From NCBI GenBank assembly GCA_002269645.1, contig NIVC01000986.1, forward strand, positions 248,001 through 312,000: a stretch of DNA of 64,000 bases. Reading direction: 5' to 3'. Source of the DNA: Macrostomum lignano. Taxonomy: Eukaryota. Position 1 is the first letter of the stretch. Every line of letters begins with the position of its first letter. The notes below the pieces were generated by a model that was not told where the DNA came from, searched no databases, and saw only the letters and a list, made by a program, of their open reading frames with translations. The position numbers and the translations under genes are program-made. Of the stretch, positions 34,539 to 44,883 are shown piece by piece.

Positions 34539-37500
34539 TCACTCCCGAAAGCCATACGGGCGGCTGCCAGACCCATACACTCGCTTAGTCATGACGCGCT
34601 GGAATGTCTTATCCATCTCCAGGGTCCGAATTGTACAGCTGGCCTTGTCGCGCCTGAACTGTGCCTGGGGCAGCCGTACAGTCCCCCCGTGGCGCAGAAT
34701 CTCCTGCAGCTCCGCCTCCCGCTCGGCAATCTCGGGCGTGACTCGGATGCCCTTGCACTTGAGCACCGAGTACAGCGACCTGTCGGGCTTCTCCACCACA
34801 TAGCGATAGAGCTTGGGGCCTCCCGTGGTGAACTGTACCATGCGGCAGCCGGCAGGTACCTCGTCAGTCCACTGCCCCAAACTCGATCCGCCTGGAGGCT
34901 CGTACTCGCCCGGAGAGCACCGATACACAACCCTGGGGAGGAGGAGAATAAAGTGTTTAGGGGAGCGAAGCAGACAGACAGACAGTGTGAAAAACTTACG
35001 AATCAGTATCGGCGTAAATGACGCGGGTTCCTAGACCCTCAAGAGCCTCGTAGAGTCGCAGCCGGGCGTGGGAGGTGGTGAAAACTCCAATAGGTACATT
35101 GGCGTACTTGAATGCCCGCTCGCCAGCAACACCAATTCGGGGCTTGTACTCGAGCATCATAAAGCTCTCCCCAACAGGCTCGCACGACTTGACCTTGATC
35201 GAGGGGTCTGTCAGGCGCTGCAGCCACGCCTCGTAGCTGTCCACAATCTCTGTGGAGGTCAAGTCATCCCGCTGGCAGAATTTGCCCCAGAGCCTGCAGG
35301 GAAAAATAAATTTTTGTATATCTGGCTACTGTAAGTAGAAAAACACGGGTCCCCACTGTACAAACCCCAACTTACGAGTTTAGAAAAATCTTGGCCACAA
35401 AGCGCAGGCCGGGATTTTCTTCCACCTTTTCCAGCCGGACGCCTTCGCGCTCGAAAAAGCTGGCCATGTAGGCAGCCTTGGCGTCCTCAGTCATTCCCGG
35501 CGAACCGCTAGACTCGGCTTTGAGCTTTAAAAAGGTGTTTACATAATCTGCAAACAGCCCGCTCCGAGTCTCGGTCCAATAGGCCAGGGCATGAACTGAC
35601 TGCAGCTTGTAACCCAACTGCAGGGCCTTGTGGAGCTCTGGGGTCGACCACGTGCCGCGGAGCATTCTCTCAGCGTCAGTGTGTGTACACTCGCTGCTGC
35701 ACTGTCTCCATGCAGACGCGGCAGAGGCCGAAAACCAGCTTCTTGCTAATCTTGGCGGGCAGTAGCGGGATGTGGAGATTGGTTGGCGGCAGAATCGACA
35801 CCTCGGCGATACCAAAATACCGGGCCAGCTGCTGCTCATCCAGTAGATGAGGCTCGGGGTGGTGAACCGGGTGCCCGACAGGGTACTTGTCAAACTTGTT
35901 GACAGTCGGGTAGAGCGACACCTAGAGAAAAGTAGTAGGCTAAACTCAAACGCATGTCAACTGTGTGTGTGTGTGTGTGTAAGAGAAATTTTTTAAAAAC
36001 TTACCACATCCCGATAGCGCAGCTCTACAGTCTCGGTGGCCTCGGCGTGCGGGACAAAAGCCTCGGTGCGACCGCCAAACAGGGCTTCCTCCAGGCGAAT
36101 AGGCTGCTGGACTGGCGCTCCCTCGCCCTGATAGTCGTGCTCCCACAGAACACGTACATTGTAGGCAGTGGAGTGCAGCCGGGTGAAGCGCTCAGTCTCC
36201 TCATAAATCGCCCGCATTGGCTGGTTCTTGAGCGGGTGCAGCACGTCGCCGTTGGGGAAGCACTTGGGACAGCCATGGAAGAAGCAGCCATGAAACTGCA
36301 GCACTGTCCTGGTCTCCGGGTCAAAGCCATCCACCTTACGGCCCATGGCGAAAGCCTCGCCGCCAGAATCGGCTGTCCGCAACCGGCCGCCAAACTCGGT
36401 TGCATTCAAATGTGCCAGCCAGCACCGCGCCTTGTGCGACTGTACATCGGACCGGCGGGAAATCACCCCAAGAGTGTTGGGCTCCATAAACTTGGTGGTG
36501 AAAACAGCCATAGCCAAGCCCGCAATGGTGTTGGATTGGACAAATGCGTCCAGTCCGCAAATGTCCTTAATCAGGCGGGTATACTTCAGACAGCCTTCCC
36601 GCAAAATTAACGTGTCCTGCAGGCAATAGTCCAGGTACTCCTTATTGAAATTAAACACCTGTCCCTCCTGCTTGGCCAGCCAGTCAGCGATGGAGTCGTG
36701 CTGCTTATTCTTCTTCCCGCCGTACATATCAATTGAGCAGTAGGGACCTACGTACCCCCAGTTTTGTGGCTGATTGAACACGTGCGGGAAATCTCTATTG
36801 GTCAGTTGGGTGCCCAAACCAAGCGCCTTTGGGAATTGCGCCAGACCAATAGGGATAAAGTTGAGGCTGTCCTTGAACGTGATCTTGTCGCACTTCATGT
36901 ACATTAGGCGGCTGTTCTGGAAGATCACCTGCGGCTTCTTCTTGGCCAGTCCGTTGAGTAGGGCGCCGAGCAGGAGGAATGCGTCATACGCAGAGCCATT
37001 GTGCGCAATTGCAATTGCCCCCTGCTTGAACACGCTAGTCAGCCAGCAGTAAAAGGCATCGATAGAGTGCAGTCCAACGGATACAAACTCTCGCATCCCA
37101 CAGGCACAGTCATTGTGGGAGACACAGCTCGTAAAATCCAGCGCCAGATTGCGTCCCGCAATGCAATTGGCTGAGCTGTGCAACCCCCCGCACACGCTGC
37201 AGCGGGGCCTGGGGAAGAGTTTGGGACACGCCTCGCAGGAGGTGGCAGCCGTAACCAAGTGTACCCGGTGCTGCTTGGTCCACGTACGTCTCGAAATCAT
37301 AGTAAACGTACGGGGCGCTAGACTCTTTGGCTTTGGGCGGGGTGACAAAGCACTCGTGGGTGGCAGTTTCGTCGTACTGCTTGCAGACTGGACACTTGGC
37401 GTAACCACACTGATGCTCGGGGGGCTGGCCTACTTTCAGTTCTTCTAGATAGCCACACGTGCCGCAAACGTGGACCGAATCACAGCGCGATCTGCCCGCC

Positions 37501-39875
37501 TTATTCTTGCGCTTGTGATTTTCTAGGCACTGAGCATTATAGCAATTTAGCCCGCAATCATGGCATCTTACATATGCGCGGTTTGCTTTGCAGTTGGAGC
37601 CCGGAGTCTTGCATGTACTGCAGGCATCAGCGCACTTGTGCTTCTCATAATTGCAATCGAAGGCCATCTCGCACTTGGCGCAGTAGTGATCGGAGCCGAA
37701 AAACGCAGGCAGCTTGGTGACCACATTAAAGTGCTGCTCGACCAGGTGCAGGTGCAGAATCTCGGTGCCAGGCAGGTTGAATATGCCCGTGTTGGCCTCC
37801 TCTGCCCTGTACACTCGTACACCAAAATCGTGGCCTGGATGCAGACGGTTCAGGGCCCGTATCGCCTCGGGCAGAACATCCACCCCAAAAGGACCGGCCT
37901 GCGAGACGATTTGATGAGTCTGTGTGGAGGCAAAATATTTCTTTTAGTAATCCTTATCGTAAAATTTCTTATCAGAAGATATATCTTTTAGTATTCCATG
38001 ATACTGGGTAAAAATTATATCTTTTAGTAATCCATGATAGTGAAATTCTTATCAGGAAAATCAGTGCACAACTCACGGTGTAGAGTCCAGCCTCAATTTG
38101 CAGCTCAGTTGCCAGCTTAGTCTGCTTGGGCGAATTGGCTCTGATTGTACGCCACACCTGCTCGGTGATGCGCTTGGCCACAAATTGCAGGTAGGCGCAG
38201 GCCACGACCAGAGCTCGCAGCAGGCATCTCTTGTCCGTGTTGGTGATGCGGACATAGTGCTTGGAGAAGGCATGCCGCTCCTCTAGATGTTTGTTCTCGA
38301 GAGCACATCCACCTCGAGGCACCCAGGCCTTTAGCAACCGGATAGAAAAGTTGCTCGACAGTACGCTTGCGTCTGACTGCACAATCTTGTCAATGTGCTT
38401 AAACAACAACTCTGCTGTCATGCGGGCTGCACGCACCGGGGGAGTGTGGGCTGCTTTGAGCATATTATCACTCTCGAATTTAGCCGCCATAAAGTCATCA
38501 CCAGCCAAATCCTGCTTGAAAACTTCGAGCATGCTGGCAAATTTCTCGCGTAAATCTTCGGTGTCATCTAGCTTTACAACATATTCAACGCCCTTTGCCC
38601 TAAACTTGGGGAGGTCGCGCTGATTATCCAGCCGGGCCGTAAAACCTGTAGGGGGAATGAAGGGGGAGTGTGAGTCAGCCCGTGGGTCTGTCTGAGGAAT
38701 GGGGGCTAGATAACTCACCCGGTCCGGTAACAGATTCAGGTTGAGCAGGCGGAACAAACGCGTCTGAAAAAACAAGGAGATAAAAAACCAGAAGAATCTG
38801 TCAATTCGTGGCACCCCAGGATCAAACTCCAACCGACTCATTGTTCACGCTCCCCCCCTTGCGCTCAGGCCCTCCCGCCGACACGCTCTGCAATTTTTTT
38901 AACCCCAGCCGCATCCCGCCTGGCTCTTTGTTAGCGCTCCCCCATAACCCCTCGCACGCATGCCCCCTGCCGAGACGTGTCTGCAATTTTTTTAACCCCA
39001 GCCCGCAGCTGTTATCCGGCCCGGCTCATTGTTAGCGCTACCCCGCCCGCACAAGCCCTGCTGCTGAAACGCTCTGCAATTTTTTTAACCCCAGCCGCAT
39101 CCCGCCTGGCTCTTTGTTTGCGCTACCCCTCGCACGCAAGCCCTGCTGCTGAAACGCTCTGCGACAGGGCTCTGCAACGCCCTGTCGCAGCACTCTGAAT
39201 TCCCGCATGCTCCTGCAGCTGTCAGAGCGCCCACCACTTTTTATCTGGCCTGGCTCTTTGTTTGCGCTCACGCATAACCCCTCGCATGCAAGCCCTCCTG
39301 TTGAAATGCTCTGCAATTTTTTAACCCTAGCCGCATCCGGCCTGTTCTTTGTTTGCGCCCCCTCTCTACTCAAACTCGCATGCCCTGTCGCAGCACTCTG
39401 AATTCCCGCATGCTCCTGCAGCTGTCAGAGCGCCCACCACTTTTTATCTGGCCTGGCTCTTTGTTTGCGCTCACGCATAACCCCTCGCACGCAAGCCCTC
39501 CTGTTGAAATGCTCTGCAATTTTTTTATCCCTAGCCGCATCCGGCCTGCTCTTTGTTTGCGCCCCCTCCCTACTCAAACTCGTAAGCTCCCTGTCGCAGC
39601 ACTCTGAATTCTATAGCCCGCATGCGCCTGAAGCTGTCACAGCGGCAAACCCCTCAACTCTTTGTTAGCCCCCGCCTGTCTAGTCTGCTCTTATCAACTC
39701 TCTATCGCGCCCCTCTTGCTCCTGCCCCTGCCAATTCATAGAAGCTCCCTGCTGCAGCAACTCAAACCCCGTCTAGACTGATATACAACCGGATAGAAAT
39801 TAATTAAAGCTTACCATAAAGACGTTGCCTCTTGTCAGCCAGGAAAGTGGTCGATGCTGCGCTGCGTTTAGCCAT
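34539..39875 (-). CDS. polB: Protein-primed DNA polymerase B (vOTU-like N-terminal region, exonuclease, VSR-like insertion), 7 exons, 2 frameshifts
   Basis: Exons 39875-39815, 38763-38719, 38645-38077, 37919-36005, 35921-35376, 35293-35000 and 34932-34539, all GT-AG and phase-compatible. Splicing rebuilds RDV/VSLYP, FLNS/LWGKF and YADTDS/VVY. Other motifs: YDFET, HNGSAYD, FKDSLNF, YCLQD, VDG...FHGCFFHGCPKC, FGGRTE, LGQWTDE, GPKLY. Frameshifts near 37280 and 35690. Confidence 0.9.
38850..39700. repeat. Imperfect ~60/190-bp repeats inside intron 1 of element A polB
   Basis: CTCTGCAATTTTTTTAACCC..AGCCGCATCC recurs about 5 times; ~39170-39375 is duplicated at ~39375-39610. Confidence 0.75.
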
Positions 39876-39919
39876 TTTGCATACAGAGAGAAGGATTATC
39901 TCTCTACCCCTGTTCTAGG

Positions 39920-40050
39920 GGTCCGAATATATACTAAAAACCTGCTTAGCTCGTCTATTATTGGCCAAATCACCAAAAAACCAACCAGAATCACTCAAAA
40001 TCACCCCAAAATCACACCCTCCCACCCTCCATCTGGGGGTATATAAAGCG
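39920..40050. promoter_or_regulatory. Putative divergent promoter region: TATA-like boxes for polB (minus, ~39925-39932) and for the PC4-like ORF (TATATAAA ~40039-40046); another TATA-like box at ~40676
   Basis: TATA-like motifs lie about 50-75 bp upstream of each ATG; inferred from position only. Confidence 0.5.
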
Positions 40051-40091
40051 CTGCGCGGCTGTCGGAGAGCTCTCTGCTGCTGCTGCTAATC

Positions 40092-40640
40092 ATGTCTTCT
40101 TCTATCGCTCTATACGAAAACTTTGTGGCGCGGAAGCCCACATTTGAAACGGAGCATGACTTAATTGAAATCCGTCGGCTCTACACCGACGAAGCTGGAG
40201 TGTGGAAGGACGGCTTCCCAGCAATCTATTTAAGCGAGGTCGAGTGGAAGAAGCTCGAAGCTGCACGCCCTGACCTGGAGGCTGCGGCACGTCTTCACGT
40301 GGACAAGAGAGTCGTGTTGGGCAGCTTCAAGGCGGCAGAAGCTTCACAGGGGAGGATTCGTTTGCGGCGCAATTGGCTTAATCGGGATCCAAAGTTCAAT
40401 TGGCGCTACACAATTGAATTCACGCCGGAACTGTGGCGCCGGATGTTTGCCGCCCGTTTGGGCAAGCTCTTCAAACCCAAGGCCCCGCCGCCAGCCAAAC
40501 GAGCCAGGACCGAGACCTCTCCGGTAGCCAGGACTGAGGAGGAGGAAGAAAATCTCCAGGATGTTCTCCAGGTTGCGGGTCTCAAACCCTACCAATCCCC
40601 GCCCTGGGAAAATCTGTTTAACGAGAGTCAGCGCTGGTAG
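40092..40640 (+). CDS. Protein with two tandem PC4-like (ssDNA-binding) repeats
   Basis: IEIRRLYTDEAGVWKDGFPAIYLSEVEWKKL matches the PC4 signature (IDIRxxY..G..KPG.KGISL...QW..L); a second copy is RIRLRRNW...TIEFTPELWRRM. Confidence 0.65.
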   Translation: MSSSIALYENFVARKPTFETEHDLIEIRRLYTDEAGVWKDGFPAIYLSEVEWKKLEAARPDLEAAARLHVDKRVVLGSFKAAEASQGRIRLRRNWLNRDPKFNWRYTIEFTPELWRRMFAARLGKLFKPKAPPPAKRARTETSPVARTEEEEENLQDVLQVAGLKPYQSPPWENLFNESQRW

Positions 40641-40752
40641 TTCCCTATTGGCTCGCGCCACCCCGCGAGGCTCCCTATATAACTAATCTATCCAGCCTCT
40701 AGAGAGCCAAACCCTAATCCTAGCCCTGATACTATAGTCTGCTGATTCCAAC

Positions 40753-41751
40753 ATGTCCCGCCGCCGAGCTCTATCCACCCTCTGGGATAAAAACCGCCCA
40801 TCTGAAGAATTAGCCTCCCTCGACGGTGAAATACCCGAACATATAATCCCCATAGGCATAGAAAACGGCGGACTTGACTATCCTGAAAATTGGGGTGCTG
40901 ATATAGCCTTATCTTGGGCTTTGTGGGCTATTACCTACGATAGCGACCCGGGATCTGAGATTTTCGACATCCCGTGGGGTAATAGCTACGATAGCGACAC
41001 CGGGTCTGAGATTTTCGACCTCCCACCGCTGACTATCGGAGGGGGTGTGAACGCCGCCGCTGCCGACTCTGGTGCCTCTGCCGCTGCCGCCCCTGCCACC
41101 TCTGCCGCCGATGTCGACTCTGCCGCTGCCGACTCTGGTGTCTCTGCCTCTGCCGCCCCTGCCACCTCTGCCGCCGATGCCGACTCTGCCGCTGCCGACT
41201 CTGGTGTCTCTGCCTCTGCCGCCCCTGCTGCCGCTGCCGACTCTGGTGCTGCCTCCCCCGGTGTCTCTGCCTCTGCCGCCTCCAGCCAAGCCTCGATATC
41301 ATCAGCCACCACGATACTTCTCTTTGGTGATGAGGAAATGAATATGGCCGAGGAGATCGCCATGGTCCGCGATCGCTTTCCGCGTATTGTGGCCTCCTTT
41401 TTTCACCGCGATATCGAGTGGTTGAGGTCTCGCCACCCCGACGGCCTGCCTCCCCAAGACACCTTTGTCGAGGCCTTTAATCGGGTTCTCGATACTTTGG
41501 TGTCGAGGGGGGCTGACCTACGGGAGGTGTTGGAGGCAGAGACACTACATCAAGATTGGTTGATGGGGCGCAATTCGCATGCCTCCGACACTGAGGCATA
41601 TCTGGCCGGTCCGGGAGCGCGCCCTACTGAGTGGGATGCACCTATGGTAAGATATTACACTGTATACACAATTCGTCTTATCATATACAAAGCATATATT
41701 CTTTCTACATTAATTGTTTTAATTTCCCCATTGCAGTCGGCCGACTACTGA
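40753..41751 (+). CDS. Orphan protein of element A (acidic N-terminus, Ala/Ser/Asp repeats, helical C-terminus); possible terminal intron ~41647-41735
   Basis: Long ORF after a TATA-like box; GTAAGA donor and TTGCAG acceptor near the end. Confidence 0.6.
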   Translation: MSRRRALSTLWDKNRPSEELASLDGEIPEHIIPIGIENGGLDYPENWGADIALSWALWAITYDSDPGSEIFDIPWGNSYDSDTGSEIFDLPPLTIGGGVNAAAADSGASAAAAPATSAADVDSAAADSGVSASAAPATSAADADSAAADSGVSASAAPAAAADSGAASPGVSASAASSQASISSATTILLFGDEEMNMAEEIAMVRDRFPRIVASFFHRDIEWLRSRHPDGLPPQDTFVEAFNRVLDTLVSRGADLREVLEAETLHQDWLMGRNSHASDTEAYLAGPGARPTEWDAPMVRYYTVYTIRLIIYKAYILSTLIVLISPLQSADY

Positions 41752-41944
41752 TTCGAGACCCTTGAGGAGGAGGCGGCATGAAACAACACTGAGGAGCGGC
41801 TAGAGGTTGACTGGGGTTTGCGGTTTTTTCTCCCTGTACGTGGTTTAGGGAAACCCCACAGTATACACTGAGTAGATTGGAATGGGTTGAGTGGGGTTAA
41901 AAGACTAATTCAGATGACTCGCCTCTAGGGAGAAAATTGTCACC

Positions 41945-43128
41945 CCTTACAGTCTCCCCTGACCGAGATTCCCCTGTCTGCGCGGCACTTGGGATAATAA
42001 AACCTATTTGGAAGCTCCCCTGGAGAGAATTCTCTTTGTATGCGGTCTGCTACCTCCACTGTGCATTGGGGCGGTCTCTGTTACTCCTCTCTGCCCGCAC
42101 TGTACATTGGGATCCCCCGGCCCTGGGGAGGAATTGAATTTCTCTATGTTACTCTGCCCGCACTGTACATTGGGATCCCCCGGCCCTGGCTCTGGGGGCG
42201 TGTCTCGAATATCCTGGGCTGGATATTTTACTTTGCACCTACATTATATGCTTAATTTTGCATACATATGTTGTATTATACTTAACTTCCAGTGTGTGTA
42301 TTTTATCCTATGCATTGAAATTTGTGCCTGCGGGTTAATATGCAAAATGTAATGTTTAAAATCTGCCTACATTATATGCTATGTAATTTTCCTGTATTAT
42401 TATACTTGTGTGTATTTCCACCTATGTTTTATTAGCGCTTACAGTACCCGCTTTGTATTATTTTGTCTATTTCACCCGCTTTTCTGTCAATATAATATGC
42501 GTCTACGTTGTGTTTTTTTTGCTGCTCATATTCCTATTTTGCTCCAATATGTACATTTTAATATGATGCATTATGCATCATTATTCGCACCTACCAATAT
42601 GTTTTTTATACTTTTTATGTAAATATACTCAATTTCACCTACTATAAGTAGTTTTCACTAGCCTAATATCATTGACGACATATCGGGAGAGTGTACTGAG
42701 GAGAGTGTACACTCGGGGTGCCTGCGGTATGGGAGAGTGTACACTCGGGTGCCTGCGGCTCGGGAGAGTGTACACTCGGGGTGCCTGCGGCTTGGGAGAG
42801 TGGGGCGCCTGCGGCATGGGCGCCTGCTGCTCTGGAGGGAGGGCAAACATATCGGGGTACATATCGGGAGGGTGGGCATATCGGGGTACATATCGGGAGG
42901 GTGCACCTGCGGCATACATGTCGGTAGGGTCGCCTGCGGCTGGGGAGGGTTGCCTGCGGCTGGGGAGGGTGTACATGTCGGTAGGGCCGCCTGCGGCATG
43001 GGCGCCTGATTGGCGCGCCTGGATGGCGCTTGGCGCCACGCGCCTGCGGCGCGCGCGCCAATGAGAGGCGAGGAGGGTTGACACCCACCCCCCTCCCAAA
43101 ATCAACGGATCTGCCGGCCCTTAGTAGT
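41945..43128 (-). repeat. Right terminal inverted repeat of element A (~1.18 kb)
   Basis: Reverse complement of 33371-34530, with a short extra duplication near 42945-42970. Confidence 0.95.
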
Positions 43129-43209
43129 TGTGTGTGTTTTCGTGTGTCAAAAAAAATTGCAAAATAAGTGCCCACCATTGTATACCGTACCAACAAGTTC
43201 CCGGTGCGT

Positions 43210-43243
<34 letters not shown>

Positions 43244-43911
43244 CTGTTTGTCAAAGCTTTGCTCAATCGAGTCAAATCTGAGTACATGATTTATATTCGA
43301 TATAACAGAAAAAAGTAAAAATTCAAACCAGCATGCGAATAACGGATAATAGCTGTCAATAAGCTGATTAAATTTTTCGTTGAAAATATAATATAATTTC
43401 AAAAAAATATAGTTACAAATGTGAGCAATTCCCTTTTTTGTTTTAATTTTTTCCGTACTGTCAGATGTTGTCTAGTTCGCTTCATTATAAAGTCGGTCAA
43501 ATAGTCTGAGAAGGCACCGCGTCTGGACGAGGCAGCGTCTGAGTAACTGGGTGACCGATTGCTGGTCGTAGTGTCCCGCCGCTCGAATACAAGCAGTTTT
43601 TCAGAACAAAGATGATTGACGGTCGGCGACCACGCACACGCCTGGCAGTCAGTGATTGGGTAGCAGTATGCTGTTGTAAGACATTCATTTAGAATGGATT
43701 GCTAACCTAACATACACAATTGCACATAGTGATACATAAAAGAGAGAGAGAGAGAGAGAGAGTGAGTGAGAGAGAGAGAGATGCATACATACTATTATAC
43801 AGATGCAGACAGGTGACAAGAGAATGGGTGAATTTTGAGTGACAATCAAACAAGCGGGTAGATTGGGAGACGTGATGGGTGAAGTGCATGTGGGTAGAAA
43901 GATATAGAGAC

Positions 43912-43986
<75 letters not shown>

Positions 43987-44053
43987 GGCGCCTCCAATCT
44001 CAGGCACGGACGCGGTACATGTAAAAAGGACAAACAAGTCAAGTTGATTTAAG

Positions 44054-44094
44054 TTGCCGATATTTCGAATTAGGTAAATTCTTCGTCAGGGCAA
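44054..44094 (-). ncRNA. Minimal type I hammerhead ribozyme
   Basis: Minus strand TTGCC-CTGACGA-A-GAATT/AATTC-GAAA-TATC-GGCAA: stems I and II pair and there is a palindromic ATAT for stem III. Confidence 0.8.
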
Positions 44095-44684
44095 GTGAAA
44101 AGTAGCGACAAGTGGTGTTGTAAAAGTTATTAAATAGGCGGGTTAGAGGGGAGAGAGAGTAGACAGGTAGATTGAGAGATACGGTATGTACACTTGATGT
44201 GAGTCGATAAAACACTATTAGAGTTGAAAATTCAAAATAAAAAACAGTGCACAAATAAAGTGAACCGCACGTGGGCTGCAGCGATCCTACACACGAAATA
44301 ATGGAGTGGTGCAACTGCACCGGTGTCTAAAAAAGGGAAAGAGTGACTCTAAGCACTTTACAAAATGGACCTCAATAAATTAAAAAGGTGAAAAGGCCCT
44401 CAAAAACTAAAAAGAGCAATTGTACGATAAGCAAAAGAGTAAAAGTAAAAAGAGTAATAAAAAATTACAGGGTGTCAAGAAACAATAGAAATGTTGATGC
44501 AGAATAAATGCTGAGAATATACAAAAGCTGTGCTTGGGCTAGCGATGAGAATAAAAAATACATACTATTATACAGATGCAGACAGGTGACAAGAGAATGG
44601 GTGAATTTTGAGTGACAATCAAACAAGCGGGAAGATAGGGAGACGTGATGGGTGAAGTGCATGCGGGTAGAAAGATATACAGAC

Positions 44685-44771
<87 letters not shown>

Positions 44772-44846
44772 GAGGGCGCCTCCAATCTCGGGCACTGACA
44801 CGGTAGAAAGTCAGAAAGGACTGAAAAAAGTCAATTTAAATTGAGT

Positions 44847-44883
44847 AGCCGATATTTCGAAATCAAATTTCTTCGTCAGGGCT
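44847..44883 (-). ncRNA. Minimal type I hammerhead ribozyme (second copy)
   Basis: Minus strand AGCC-CTGACGA-A-GAAAT/ATTTC-GAAA-TATC-GGCT, with compensatory changes relative to the first copy. Confidence 0.8.

Larger units (their letters stand above)
33371..43128. mobile_element. Element A: complete TIR-bounded pPolB element (Polinton/Maverick-related, capsid- and integrase-less), 9758 bp, 6-bp TSD
   Basis: Left end ACTACTAAGGGCCGGCAGATCC at 33371; reverse complement ending ...CCCTTAGTAGT at 43128; TGTGTG at 33365-33370 and 43129-43134. Confidence 0.93.
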
